A DNA stretch of 64,000 bases from Acidobacteriota bacterium (GCA_036012155.1 DASCOT010000236.1:40655-104654), one strand, 5' to 3'. Positions 47,829 through 58,414 are shown, numbered from the stretch's first letter. Notes: generated by a model not told the origin, from the sequence alone. Translations and numbers: made by a program.

Positions 47829-50129
47829 TCAGTGGCGATCGTGTGGGGCCTGCGGGGCCGAGCTCACCGGGGCGTCGTCCTCGACCGTGAAAACCATCTT
47901 CATGCCCGATTCGAGGTGCTCGGCGATATGGCAGTAAACCATCCATCGTCCCGGATTGGACAGCTCCAATAGCAGATCGGTAGTGGAGGCCACCGGTAGC
48001 AGCACGGTGTCTTTCCACGCCAGGTTGTCATTGGCCACCCCGTCCTGCTGCAAGACAAGGAAACGCTGCCCGTGAAAGTGCATCGGATGCTGCATGGCGT
48101 GGAACGACCCCCGGTCGTTGGTGATGCGAATCTTGACCACATCGCCGACCCGAAACTTCCAGTCGTCGATGTCGGTATTGTGGTTGCCGGTCACGGGGTC
48201 GATCAACTGCCACTCGATCTGCTCGCCGGTGCTCACCCAGTTCATCATCGGCATGGTTCCGGCCCACTCCGCAGGGTTGAAATACACGCGGTCCAGGGCC
48301 ATCAGTTGATCGACGACAAGGGGCAGCTCTCCCGCCTCGAGCCGCAAGACAAGCTGGCGATCCGGCGGACGCTCGAAATGGTCGCGGTAGGCACCGATTT
48401 CCGCTGCAACCTCGGCATGGGCGCGCAGCGTAGCGTGGCTCGAGGCGAGGTCGACGTCGACCGGATCGTCACCCACCCGAACGAATCCGACCTCCTTGGA
48501 CTCCGTGAAGAATGCTCCGGCGCGGTGGTTGATCCCCTGAACGGTATTGACCACGCGCACGAGACCGCTTTCCGCGAAGCGCACTTCGACAACGTAGCGC
48601 TCGGCCGGCGCGATAACCAAGGAGTCGGCCCACACCTGGCGCTCGAATCGCGACACATCGGTGGCGATTACCTTCATCGGCAGCGTGGTGCTTCCGCCTT
48701 CCGGGCGGAAGCTCAGGTTGAACGTCCGCGTGTTGGCCACATTGGTAAAAAAGAAGCGCACTACTTCGCCACGTCTTGCTTCGAGCTCGTAGCGTGGCTC
48801 GCCGTTGACCAGCGGCAGGTTGCCGAATCGGCCCATGAGCATGAAGTTGGCCGACTCGGTGCCATAGGGGACGAACCCCTGCTCACCGAGAAGAAGATCG
48901 TCGAGCATGAGCACCTGTTCGGTGTTCACCGGCCCATATGCGTCGCTCGCCGGCGGGTCGACAAGCATGTTTCCGTAGAGCCCCAGATCCTGGGCGATGT
49001 CCTCGCGGTGATGCGGGTGGTACCAGTAGATTCCGGCATCGCGAAAGTACACTTGATAGCGAAAGCCCTCGCCGGGAAGAACAGCATCCTGGGTCACCCC
49101 CGGTACACCGTCGAACCGGTTGTCGAGCCGCACGCCGTGCCAATGGATTGCCGTCGGCAACGCGGTCCGATTCTCGAAATTGACGAAAATCGTCGCCTTC
49201 TCCGGAACGTGGATCAACGGGCCGGGCGATTGACCATTGAAGCCGTACATGAAATAGGTTCGGCTGCCCAGCTGTCGGCGAACGAGGCCAGCCTCGAGAT
49301 CGAGGGTGCCACCATCACCAAGACGAACGATCTGGGTGGGCGTGGCCAGCGGCACCGCTCGAGGATCGGCTACCGGAGGGAGCCACGGCGCCACCTCAGG
49401 GCGCAATCCCGCTACGCCCGGCACCATCGGAACCACAGGGTGCATCGGCGGCACCACCGACTCCATACGCATTGCATCCGGGTGCTCGCCGCCAGCAGCG
49501 TGGTCGGCAGCTCCTTCCGCCATTGCCAACGCCAGTGGCGCCTGGGTGATCAGGTCTTCGGGGCCCATGCGCGAGCTCGGCGATCTGCCGCGCAGAACCA
49601 GTCGTCCACTGCGGGTCGCGGCATCGGCCGACGATTCCGCACTGACCCAGATCGAGAACTTATTGTGCGTGACTTCACCGAGATCGGTCAGCCCGTTGCG
49701 TACCTCGCCTAGTCGGGTCACCGGATCCAACATCGGCGTCGTGACCCAGGCGATATAGGCCACCGCGCCGAGCTCGGCGGGATCCGGGAGCCCTTCTGCC
49801 AGAAGTGTGAGGTGGTAGCGTTGCCGACCCTCGGCGGTTACCGCGATACCGAACGGTGAGAGCACCCGCCCCAGCTCGACCAGGCCACGAGCATCGCCGG
49901 CTCGCAACGTCGGAAAGAGCTCCATACAGTGCAGCTCCGCCGAGGTGGCGATGGTGGTTTCGACGAAATCGCATCGCAGCCCGGTTGCCGACGCCGCGGC
50001 GGCGTCTGCGTCTAGCGGCCTAGCCTGTTGCGTGGCGGCGCTACCCGTAGCCGACGTCGAGATCGTCCCGGTCGTCGCCACGAGGATAACTGCCGCCGCC
50101 AACCACGCCCGTATGCGGTACGGCTTCAT
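47829..50129 (-). CDS. Multicopper oxidase (CopA/CueO-like) with about 250-aa N-terminal extension
   Basis: HWHG, HPHH, HPMHFHG, and C-terminal HCHIAEHLESGM copper-ligand motifs; signal peptide. Confidence 0.8.
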   Translation of the reverse strand: MKPYRIRAWLAAAVILVATTGTISTSATGSAATQQARPLDADAAAASATGLRCDFVETTIATSAELHCMELFPTLRAGDARGLVELGRVLSPFGIAVTAEGRQRYHLTLLAEGLPDPAELGAVAYIAWVTTPMLDPVTRLGEVRNGLTDLGEVTHNKFSIWVSAESSADAATRSGRLVLRGRSPSSRMGPEDLITQAPLALAMAEGAADHAAGGEHPDAMRMESVVPPMHPVVPMVPGVAGLRPEVAPWLPPVADPRAVPLATPTQIVRLGDGGTLDLEAGLVRRQLGSRTYFMYGFNGQSPGPLIHVPEKATIFVNFENRTALPTAIHWHGVRLDNRFDGVPGVTQDAVLPGEGFRYQVYFRDAGIYWYHPHHREDIAQDLGLYGNMLVDPPASDAYGPVNTEQVLMLDDLLLGEQGFVPYGTESANFMLMGRFGNLPLVNGEPRYELEARRGEVVRFFFTNVANTRTFNLSFRPEGGSTTLPMKVIATDVSRFERQVWADSLVIAPAERYVVEVRFAESGLVRVVNTVQGINHRAGAFFTESKEVGFVRVGDDPVDVDLASSHATLRAHAEVAAEIGAYRDHFERPPDRQLVLRLEAGELPLVVDQLMALDRVYFNPAEWAGTMPMMNWVSTGEQIEWQLIDPVTGNHNTDIDDWKFRVGDVVKIRITNDRGSFHAMQHPMHFHGQRFLVLQQDGVANDNLAWKDTVLLPVASTTDLLLELSNPGRWMVYCHIAEHLESGMKMVFTVEDDAPVSSAPQAPHDRH

Positions 50130-50445
50130 GGAGGCACCTTACGTGGCATCGAGCCCATATCGCAATTCCGCCCGCTGCCGAGACCGCCTCGATGTACCGT
50201 GTCAGCGTCGTCGCTCACCGCCCGAAGGACAGTCGGCCATCTTCATGCCGCGCATTGGCCTAAATGGGGCAGCAACAAGCCGTGGCGCGGCCTCGGCGCG
50301 CGGGGAGACCGTCTGCAATTCGCCGCCGGGTGCCGCGCTCTGAGCAGCCGCTGTGGCATCGCCAGCGCCGATCTCGTCGGCTCTCGTCGGCCCGTCGAGG
50401 GTGGCGCGCGGCCCACTCCATACCTCCTGAGGCGGAACCGTTACG

Positions 50446-50637
50446 GTGATGTGCACCGACCCATGGGGCACGGCTTGGGTCTACCACACCGACGGCAAGC
50501 ACTTCGTCCTCGCGTCACTCGGTTCCGATGGCGCCCGCGGCCCCAAGCCGCCGCAGAACTGGAGGAACGACGTCTTCGAGCCGGATTTGATCCTACGTGA
50601 TGGCAGCCTCATCCAGGCTCCGCAGACCAGATCGTAG
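50446..50637 (+). pseudogene. Type II secretion pseudopilin GspG C-terminal remnant (N-terminal prepilin helix absent)
   Basis: DPWGTAWVYHTDGKHFVLASLGSDGARG resembles GspG C-terminus (DPWGNPY-Y-----F-L-SLGADG-EGG); in-frame stop 18 nt upstream, no prepilin motif found in any frame nearby. Confidence 0.35.
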
Positions 50638-50659
50638 CAAGGCGCTCCGATGCGACCGG

Positions 50660-51454
50660 CTAGGAGACAGGTTCTGCCGCCCCCGCCGCCGGCTCGACGA
50701 CCCGTCCGTCGAAGAGGTGAACGGTCCGACGGGTAACTTCCCGCCACCGCGGATCGTGCGTCACAAGGCAGATCGTCGACCCGGCCTCGTGCAGCTCGGC
50801 GAGCATCTGGATCACCACACTGGCCTGGTCCGAATTGAGATTGCCGGTGGGCTCGTCGGCGAGCAAGATCTGCGGCCCCCCAACCACCGCGCGCGCGACG
50901 GCGACCCGCTGTTGATGGCCGCCTGAGAGCTGACTCGGATAGGAACCGGCCTTCGCCGCCATACCGACGCGCTCCAAGGCCTCCGTTACACGGTCCCGCC
51001 GCTCACCACCGGGCAATCCGAGGTAGCTCAAGGGCAGGTCGACGTTCTCGAACGCCGTCATGTCGCCGATCAAGTTAAAGCTCTGGAAGATGAAGCCGAT
51101 CTCTCGATTGCGCGTACGCGCCCGCTGGGAGGCCGGCATTTCCTCTACGGCACGCCCATTCAGCAAGTAGCTACCCGCTGTGGGCGTGTCCAGGAGGCCG
51201 AGAATTGACAGCAGCGTCGTCTTGCCGCTCCCGGAGGGTCCGTCTACACCGATGAATTCGCCGCGCTCAATCTCCAAATCGACCCCTTGCAGGGCGATGT
51301 TGCGCGATACCCCCCGACCGAATGCTCGGTCGACTCCGCGGAGTCGAATCAAGGCGCCGCCGTCGGCGTCGCCGGCTGGCCCGCCGGAAGATACGGTAAA
51401 GTCCGCCTGCGCGGATCGCCCCCGGCCGAAGAGTCGCGCAAGACGAGCGAGCAT
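50660..51454 (-). CDS. ABC transporter ATP-binding protein (MacB/LolD-type), no adjacent permease
   Basis: GPSGSGKTT Walker A, LSGGHQQRVAVARA signature, LLADEPTGNL Walker B. Confidence 0.8.
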   Translation of the reverse strand: MLARLARLFGRGRSAQADFTVSSGGPAGDADGGALIRLRGVDRAFGRGVSRNIALQGVDLEIERGEFIGVDGPSGSGKTTLLSILGLLDTPTAGSYLLNGRAVEEMPASQRARTRNREIGFIFQSFNLIGDMTAFENVDLPLSYLGLPGGERRDRVTEALERVGMAAKAGSYPSQLSGGHQQRVAVARAVVGGPQILLADEPTGNLNSDQASVVIQMLAELHEAGSTICLVTHDPRWREVTRRTVHLFDGRVVEPAAGAAEPVS

Positions 51455-51698
51455 CGGATCCTCCTGTGAAGAACTGCGGTTCGCCGGCTGGCTAGGTCGG
51501 AAAGCGCGAACCGCGCGCGACCCTCCCTAGTTAGACGCAGCTTCGAGGGCCAGCGTTTCGTTTGGCTTTGCCTACCACCCGCGTCGACCCGCCGCCCCGC
51601 AAGCTCCCATCCGCTGAGCAGCACACCGTTCACAGCGGCATCGGCCTCCGCGTCGCTCTGGCCGATCGCACGAAGGGGCAACTTGCCAGCAGATCGTG

Positions 51699-51717
51699 TC
51701 ATACGTATGATTCATAC
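51699..51717. promoter_or_regulatory. Overlapping AT-rich palindromes TCATACGTATGA / GTATGATTCATAC; candidate TetR operator
   Basis: Perfect 12-bp palindrome read directly, 87 nt upstream of tetR-family gene start. Confidence 0.4.
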
Positions 51718-51803
51718 GAACGTTTGACTTCCGATGGCAGATTCACCAACGGAGACGCCGCCGAGCGACCCCCTGCAGGATAGCCGGCGCACCCACGCAC
51801 GCG

Positions 51804-52493
51804 ATGAGCACCGCCGCACCGACCACGAAGGACCGCCTGCTCGATGCCGCCGAGCAACTGTTTGGTGACAAGGGCATCACCGCGACATCGCTGCGCGACG
51901 TCACGGCCCTGGCCAACGCCAACCTGGCGTCGGTCAACTATCACTTCGGCAGCAAGGACTCGCTACTGGCCGCAGTCTTCGAGCGTCGGTTCGGACCCAT
52001 GAACGACCGCCGATTGGAGATCCTCTCTGAGTTCCAGGCCGAGGCCGACGATCGTCAGGTGCCGCTCGAGAAGATTCTCTGGGCTTGGCTGGAGCCACCG
52101 TTCCACATGCGCCACGAGGCCGGCGACGCGGGCGAACGCTACATGCGCGTGGTCAGCCGCGTCTATGCCGACCCCACTCACTCGATCCACGAACTCTTCT
52201 TGCGACAGTTCGAGACGGTGCGGGAGCGCTTCCACGACGCCCTCGCCGCTGCCCTGCCGACCATCAGCCCATACGAGATCACGCGCCGTATGCACTACTG
52301 CATCGGTTCCCTGGCACACACGTTTTGCTGGTGCCAGCAGATTCCCAGTCTATGCTCGACCGCAGGGCCTCAGACCGATGAGGTGCTCCACTCACTCGTC
52401 GCCTTCGCCGCCGCAGGAATGCGGGCTCCTGCGGACTCCGACGTACTCCACGAGCTCATCGGCAGCGCCAACGCGACGGAGTCTTCCCGGTGA
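51804..52493 (+). CDS. TetR/AcrR family transcriptional regulator
   Basis: N-terminal HTH LLDAAEQLFGDKGITATSLRDVTALANANLASVNYHFGSKDSLL. Confidence 0.85.
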   Translation: MSTAAPTTKDRLLDAAEQLFGDKGITATSLRDVTALANANLASVNYHFGSKDSLLAAVFERRFGPMNDRRLEILSEFQAEADDRQVPLEKILWAWLEPPFHMRHEAGDAGERYMRVVSRVYADPTHSIHELFLRQFETVRERFHDALAAALPTISPYEITRRMHYCIGSLAHTFCWCQQIPSLCSTAGPQTDEVLHSLVAFAAAGMRAPADSDVLHELIGSANATESSR

Positions 52494-53953
52494 TTCGAGT
52501 CGCCCTTGCCGCGGCCTTGCTGGTGCCCGGCATCAGCTGCGTTTCCGCTCCCCCCACGACGCAGCCCACCACCGACATTGCCGTGCCGGCGGAGTTCGGC
52601 CAGCCAGCCGCCGCTGAATCCACCGGTGTCCGTGCCAATTGGTGGAACGACTTCGGCGAGCATGGCTTGGCTGCCGCGGTGGACCAAGCGCTGCAGTACA
52701 ACACCGATCTTCTGGCAGCCGCGGCGCGCGTGGCGGGAGCGGAGGCCAGCGCACGAATCGCTGGCGCTGATCTAGGCCCACAGCTCGGAGCCAGTGCCCT
52801 GGGCACCCGCCGCAAACAGAACTTCGTCGGATTCCCCATTCCCGGCAACAACGACCGCGTGCTCAGCACCACATCGACGAATTACGGCGTGTCGCTCGAG
52901 CTCTCCTGGGAAGCCGACCTCTGGGGCCGTCTCGGCGCCCAGGCTCGCGAGGGCCTGGCCAACTACCAGGCGAGTGAGGCGGAGTATGCCGGGGCACTGC
53001 TCTCGATCGCCGCCCAGACAACCAAGGCGTGGTTCGCGGTGGCCGAGGCCCAGCAGCAGGTCGCTCTCGCGGAGCGCACGGTTGCCAGCTTCACGCGCTC
53101 GTCGGAGCAGGTTCGCGCGCGGTTCGAGCGCGGCGTCCGCCCGGCACTTGATCTGCGGTTGGCGATGGCACAGGCGTCAGCGGCTGGCGCAACGCTACTG
53201 GCCCGGCGTCAGCAGGTCGACGCCGCCGGCCGCCAGCTACAGGTACTGCTTGGCGTCTATCCTGGCGGCGAGTACGAGTTCCCGGCAACGCTCATCGGCA
53301 CTCCCGCCCCCGTGCCATCCGGGCTGCCAGCGGATCTGGTGGCGCGCCGGCCCGACCTCGCCGCCGCCGAGCGGCGTCTCGTCGCAGCGGACCAGCGCCT
53401 CCGCGGAGCGCGCGCCGCGCTCTATCCACGACTCAGCCTCACTACCTCCGGCGGCACGTCGAGCAACCAGTTGGGTGACCTCGTGAAGGGAGATTTCTCG
53501 GTGTGGAGCCTCATCGGCAACCTCGTGGCCCCCCTGCTCCAGGGCGGTAGGCTGCGCGCCGGAGTCGACCTCGCACAGGCCGGCATCGACGAGGCGACCG
53601 CGACCTACGTGGGCACCGCACTGCGTGCCTATGCAGAAGTCGAATCCGCATTGGCGGCAGAGACACTACTTGCCGATCAGGTGCGCCAACTGGCGGCGGC
53701 GTCGGAGCAATCGGGCTCCGCCGAGCGGCTCGCTGGCGAGCGCTATCGAAACGGATTGGAGGGCTACGTAACAGTGCTCGAGGCACAGCGTCGGACCTTC
53801 GATGCCGAGAGCGCGGTGCTCTCCGGGCACCGCCAACGTCTCGACAACCGCGTTGATCTATACCTGGCGCTGGGCGGCGGATTCCACGTCGAGCGCTCCC
53901 GCGCCTCGACCACATCCACTCCGCCCGAGCTCCCCTCGGAGAATCAGCGATGA
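52490..53953 (+). CDS. RND efflux outer-membrane factor (NodT/TolC family)
   Basis: Lipoprotein-like signal, repeated coiled-coil/beta-barrel halves typical of OMF. Confidence 0.85.
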   Translation: MIRVALAAALLVPGISCVSAPPTTQPTTDIAVPAEFGQPAAAESTGVRANWWNDFGEHGLAAAVDQALQYNTDLLAAAARVAGAEASARIAGADLGPQLGASALGTRRKQNFVGFPIPGNNDRVLSTTSTNYGVSLELSWEADLWGRLGAQAREGLANYQASEAEYAGALLSIAAQTTKAWFAVAEAQQQVALAERTVASFTRSSEQVRARFERGVRPALDLRLAMAQASAAGATLLARRQQVDAAGRQLQVLLGVYPGGEYEFPATLIGTPAPVPSGLPADLVARRPDLAAAERRLVAADQRLRGARAALYPRLSLTTSGGTSSNQLGDLVKGDFSVWSLIGNLVAPLLQGGRLRAGVDLAQAGIDEATATYVGTALRAYAEVESALAAETLLADQVRQLAAASEQSGSAERLAGERYRNGLEGYVTVLEAQRRTFDAESAVLSGHRQRLDNRVDLYLALGGGFHVERSRASTTSTPPELPSENQR

Positions 53954-55161
53954 GCCGCCGGATCGTCATCGGATTGAAGATCACCCTGCCCATCCTCGTG
54001 CTCGCGATCGCCGGTGCGACGGCGGCCAGCCTGGCAGGAATGCGCGCTCAACCCGAGCAACGAGCCTCGGCGCCGCTGCCGCCCCTTGTCCGCGTCCATA
54101 CGGTTGCGTCGCAGGAGCACCGCATGGTGGTGGAGAGCCAGGGCACCGTACGCCCGCGCACCGAGAGCCGGGTCGTGCCCGAGGTTTCCGGGCAGGTGGT
54201 GTGGGTCGCCCCGGACTTCGTGTCCGGCGGCTTCTTCGAGGCCGACTCGCCGCTGCTGCGTATCGATGCCCACGACTACGAGCAGGCCCGAATTCGTGCT
54301 CGCGCCGAGGTCGCGGCATCCAGGCTGCGTCAGGCGCAGGCACAAGCGGAGGCCGAGATCGCCGTGCGCGAATGGAGGGACCTGGGCGAGGGAGAGCCGC
54401 CGGCGCTGACCGCCCATGTGCCGCAGCTGGAGAACGCCCGCGCCGCGCTAGCGGCCGCCGAGGCCAACCTGGTGCAGGCGGAGCGCAATCTCGAGCGCAC
54501 CGAGCTCCGCGCTCCGTTCGCTGGGCGGGTGCGTGAGAAGACCGTCGACGTCGGCCAGTTTGTTACTGCCGGGGCCGCGGTCGGGTCGATCTACGCGATC
54601 GACTTTGCCGAGATTCGATTGCCCCTGCCTGACGACGAGCTGGCCTTCCTCGCGGAGCTTCCGTTGGTCTACCGGGGCGAGTCGCAGCGCCTCGGTCCCC
54701 GGGTGACCATACGGGCGGATTTCGCCGGCCGGACCCACGAGTGGCAGGGCCGCCTGGTGCGGACGGAGGGCGAGATCGACCCCGCGAGCCGCATGGTCCA
54801 CGCGGTCGCCCAGGTAAGGAATCCCTACGGCCGCGGCACGGATCCCCAGCGGCCGCCGCTCGCCGTCGGCATGTATGTTCGTGCCGAGATCGAAGGCGCG
54901 ACCGCCAACGGTGTCGTCCTGCTACCGCGCTCCGCGGTGCGTGTTGACGGCCGGGTGCTCGTCGTCGATGCGCAGCATCGCTTGCGATTCCGCCAGATCG
55001 AGATCCTGCGAGCGACACGGGACACCCTCGTGGTGGCCTCCGGGTTGCGCGATGGCGAGCGGGTCGTGCTGTCGGCGCTGGACGCCGTGACCAACGGCAT
55101 GGTGGTACGCGTCGAGGCAGCGGCCGCCGAGGGGTCGCGCCCCGGGCAGACGGGCCAGTGA
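53950..55161 (+). CDS. RND efflux periplasmic adaptor (membrane fusion protein)
   Basis: N-terminal TM, coiled-coil hairpin, beta-barrel and MP domains; stop-start overlap with neighbours. Confidence 0.85.
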   Translation: MSRRIVIGLKITLPILVLAIAGATAASLAGMRAQPEQRASAPLPPLVRVHTVASQEHRMVVESQGTVRPRTESRVVPEVSGQVVWVAPDFVSGGFFEADSPLLRIDAHDYEQARIRARAEVAASRLRQAQAQAEAEIAVREWRDLGEGEPPALTAHVPQLENARAALAAAEANLVQAERNLERTELRAPFAGRVREKTVDVGQFVTAGAAVGSIYAIDFAEIRLPLPDDELAFLAELPLVYRGESQRLGPRVTIRADFAGRTHEWQGRLVRTEGEIDPASRMVHAVAQVRNPYGRGTDPQRPPLAVGMYVRAEIEGATANGVVLLPRSAVRVDGRVLVVDAQHRLRFRQIEILRATRDTLVVASGLRDGERVVLSALDAVTNGMVVRVEAAAAEGSRPGQTGQ

Positions 55162-58100
55162 GCGGCGCGATCGCCTGGTTCGCCCGCAACCGCGTCGCTG
55201 CGAACCTGCTCATGGCGTTCGTTCTCGGCGCCGGTGTGATGACGGTCAGCAGGGTGCCGCAGGAGGTCTTCCCGGAGTTCGCCCTCGACCTTATCCAGGT
55301 AACCGTGCCCTATCTGGGCGCCGCCCCCGAAGAGGTCGAGCAGGGGGTCAACGTAAGGATCGAGGAGGCAGTCCAGGGCATCGACGGCATCAAGAAAGTG
55401 ACCTCCACGGCCGCGGAGGGCAACGGCACCGTGATGATCGAGCTCGAAATCGACGCCGATGCGCGCAAGGTTCTCGACGACATCAAGACCAACGTCGATG
55501 CTATCGAGACCTTCCCGCAGGAGACCGAGAAGCCGATCATCCGCGAGCTCACCAACCGTCGGCAGGTGGTCGATGTGGCGATCTTCGGCGACACCGATGA
55601 GCTCTCGCTCAAGCACCTCGCCGAGCGCGTGCGCGACGAGATCGCGGCATTGCCCGAGATCACGCAGGTAGAGGTCGCCAACGCGCGCCCCTACGAGGTA
55701 ACGATCGAGATCTCTGAGGACGCGCTGCGCCGCCACGGCATCACCTTCGATTTCGTAGCCAACGCGGTGCGACGATCGTCGATGGATCTGCCCGGCGGGT
55801 CGGTCAAGACCGACGGTGGCGAGATTCTGCTGCGCACCATGGGCCAGGCCTATACGGGGGATGAGTTCGACAGGCTGGTGCTGTTGACGAGGCCGGATGG
55901 CACACACCTTCAGCTGGGCGATATCGCCAGGGTGGTTGACGGATTCGCCGACACCGACCAGATCTCACGCTTCGACGGCAAGCCGGCGATGCTGGTGAAG
56001 GTCTACCGTACCGGTCGCCAACGGGCTCTCGACGTGGCGGGCGCGGTCAACGGCTACGTCGAGGGAGCACGCGACCGGATGCCAGCGGGCATTGCGCTGA
56101 CCACCTGGCAGGACCAGTCGCGGGTGCTGCGAGATCGTCTCGATATGCTGCTCCGGAATGGCCGCGTCGGGTTCGCGCTCGTCTTCCTGTCGCTGGCTCT
56201 GTTCCTGCGACTGCGACTGGCGTTCTGGGTGAGCCTGGGCATACCGGTCAGCTTCCTGGGGGCGATCTGGCTGATGCCGGGGTTGGACGTGTCGGTGAAC
56301 CTGATGTCGTTGTTCGCTTTCATCCTCGTGCTCGGAATGGTCGTTGATGACGCCATCGTGGTGGGCGAGAACATCTACACGCATCAGCAACGGCACGACG
56401 ATCCCCTTCGCGCGGCGATCGAGGGCACGCGCGAGGTTTCCAAACCGGTGGTTTTCGCGATTCTCACCAGCATGGCTGCGTTCGCACCGCTGCTCGCGGT
56501 GCCCGGTGTGATCGGCAAGATCATGGTGACTGCGCCGCTCATCGTGATCTCGTGCCTGACGTTCTCGTTGGTCGAGTCGCTGTTCATCTTGCCGGCGCAT
56601 CTGTCGCACCGACGGCGCCGCCCGGCAAAGGAGCGCGGCCTCTGGTTTCGCTTGCAGCGCAAGATCTCGGGGGGATTGCACTGGCTCATCGAGAATGTCT
56701 ACGAGCCGGCTCTTCAGGTGGGGTTGCGTTGGCGCTATCTCACTGTTGCGATCGGCGTAGCGACGCTGCTCGTCACGCTGGGTCTAGTTAGCGCCGGCTT
56801 CGTGCGCTTCATCTTCATGCCCGACATCGAGGCCGACTTCGTCATCATGTCGCTGACGATGCCGCAGGGCACACCGGTAGAGGTCACGTCCTCGACCGTC
56901 CGACATATCGAGGAAAGCTCCGAGCGCTTGCGGCAGGAGATCATCGACGACTTCGGCAACGACGCCTTCGTGCACACGTTCGCGGCGATCGGTGCCCAGC
57001 CGATGCAGGCGGCCCAACGCTCGGGGTTCGGCAATGTCGAGATCAGCGGCTCGACGGCCCACCTCGCTGAGGTAACCATCGAGCTCACCCCCGCCGAAAG
57101 CCGCGAAACGGTGTCCAGTGAGTGGGTCGCCAACCGATGGCGCGACCTCACCGGGACCATTCCGGACGCCGTCAGGGTCAACGTCACCGCGTCGTTGTTC
57201 ACAGTCGGAGACGACATCAACATCCAGTTCACCGGCCTCGATCTCGACGCCCTCACCGCTGCGGCGGACATGCTCAAGGATCGTCTCGGCGACTACGACG
57301 GCGTTTACGAGATCAGCGATACCTTCGTGGAAGGCAAGCGCGAGCTGAAGCTCGACATCAAGCCGCAGGCCGAGATCCTCGGATTGACGCTGTCTGACCT
57401 CGGTCGGCAGGTGCGCCAGGCGTTCTACGGCGAAGAAGCGCAGCGCATCCAGCGCGGCCGCGATGACGTTCGCGTAATGGTGCGGTATCCGCAGCAACAG
57501 CGTCGCTCGATCGGCAATCTCGAGGCGATGCGGATCCGCACACCGGGTGGCGCAGAGGTGCCATTCGGTCAGGTGGCAACGGTCGAGCAGGGTCGCGGGT
57601 ACTCGACCATCGAACGGGTGGATCGAAGTCGCGCAGTGAGCGTTACCGCGTCGGTCAACCGTGCCGTCGCTACGCCCGGAAGTATCAACACCGACCTGGC
57701 GAGTACGGTGCTGCCGCAGATCGCCGCTGCCATTCCTGACGTCCGGTTCTCGTTCGAAGGGCAAGCCGCGGAGCAGCGTGACACCACGGGAGGCTTGGTG
57801 CGGGGCTTCGCACTGGCGCTGATCGCCATCTTCGGACTGCTGGCCATCCCGCTGCGCTCCTATGTGCAACCGCTGATCATCATGGCCGCGATCCCCTTCG
57901 GGCTCGTGGGCGCGGTTTGGGGCCACATCATCGTGGGGCTCGACCTGACCATCCTGTCGATGTTCGGTGTCGTTGCTCTCGCCGGTGTCGTGGTCAACGA
58001 CAGCCTGGTCCTGGTGGACTACATCAATCGTCTACTCGAAACCGCCGACGATGTGCGGGGCGCGGTGCTGGAAGCCGGCCGAGCAAGGTTCAGGCCGATC

Positions 58101-58379
58101 CTGTTGACCTCGCTGACGACCTTCGCCGGGCTGCTACCGATGATCCTGGAGAAGAGCTTGCAGGCGCAGTTCTTGATTCCGATGGCCGTATCGCTGGCGT
58201 TCGGCGTGCTCTTTGCCACCTTTGTCATCCTCGCCCTCGTCCCGTGCAGCTACATGATCGTCGACGACGTTCAGAGGCTCCCGGAGAGGTTGCGTGACTG
58301 GCGGCAGCGGAGCGCCGCTGATCTCGGCGAGCCCAGCGAGGACGTGATCGTAGGCCGTCGAAACCCCGCCGCTGGTTGA
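55158..58379 (+). CDS. RND efflux transporter permease (AcrB/CzcA/HAE family)
   Basis: 1073 aa, 12-TM architecture with two large periplasmic loops, conserved TM4 D-containing segment. Confidence 0.9.
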   Translation: MSGAIAWFARNRVAANLLMAFVLGAGVMTVSRVPQEVFPEFALDLIQVTVPYLGAAPEEVEQGVNVRIEEAVQGIDGIKKVTSTAAEGNGTVMIELEIDADARKVLDDIKTNVDAIETFPQETEKPIIRELTNRRQVVDVAIFGDTDELSLKHLAERVRDEIAALPEITQVEVANARPYEVTIEISEDALRRHGITFDFVANAVRRSSMDLPGGSVKTDGGEILLRTMGQAYTGDEFDRLVLLTRPDGTHLQLGDIARVVDGFADTDQISRFDGKPAMLVKVYRTGRQRALDVAGAVNGYVEGARDRMPAGIALTTWQDQSRVLRDRLDMLLRNGRVGFALVFLSLALFLRLRLAFWVSLGIPVSFLGAIWLMPGLDVSVNLMSLFAFILVLGMVVDDAIVVGENIYTHQQRHDDPLRAAIEGTREVSKPVVFAILTSMAAFAPLLAVPGVIGKIMVTAPLIVISCLTFSLVESLFILPAHLSHRRRRPAKERGLWFRLQRKISGGLHWLIENVYEPALQVGLRWRYLTVAIGVATLLVTLGLVSAGFVRFIFMPDIEADFVIMSLTMPQGTPVEVTSSTVRHIEESSERLRQEIIDDFGNDAFVHTFAAIGAQPMQAAQRSGFGNVEISGSTAHLAEVTIELTPAESRETVSSEWVANRWRDLTGTIPDAVRVNVTASLFTVGDDINIQFTGLDLDALTAAADMLKDRLGDYDGVYEISDTFVEGKRELKLDIKPQAEILGLTLSDLGRQVRQAFYGEEAQRIQRGRDDVRVMVRYPQQQRRSIGNLEAMRIRTPGGAEVPFGQVATVEQGRGYSTIERVDRSRAVSVTASVNRAVATPGSINTDLASTVLPQIAAAIPDVRFSFEGQAAEQRDTTGGLVRGFALALIAIFGLLAIPLRSYVQPLIIMAAIPFGLVGAVWGHIIVGLDLTILSMFGVVALAGVVVNDSLVLVDYINRLLETADDVRGAVLEAGRARFRPILLTSLTTFAGLLPMILEKSLQAQFLIPMAVSLAFGVLFATFVILALVPCSYMIVDDVQRLPERLRDWRQRSAADLGEPSEDVIVGRRNPAAG

Positions 58380-58414
58380 GTCTCGGTCTTGTCCCGCGGG
58401 TTCCAGCGCTAGCG

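Noticed and set aside
52506-55907. Multiple overlapping ORFs (both strands) across the RND operon
   Set aside because: All are alternative-frame artefacts of the OMF/MFP/RND genes
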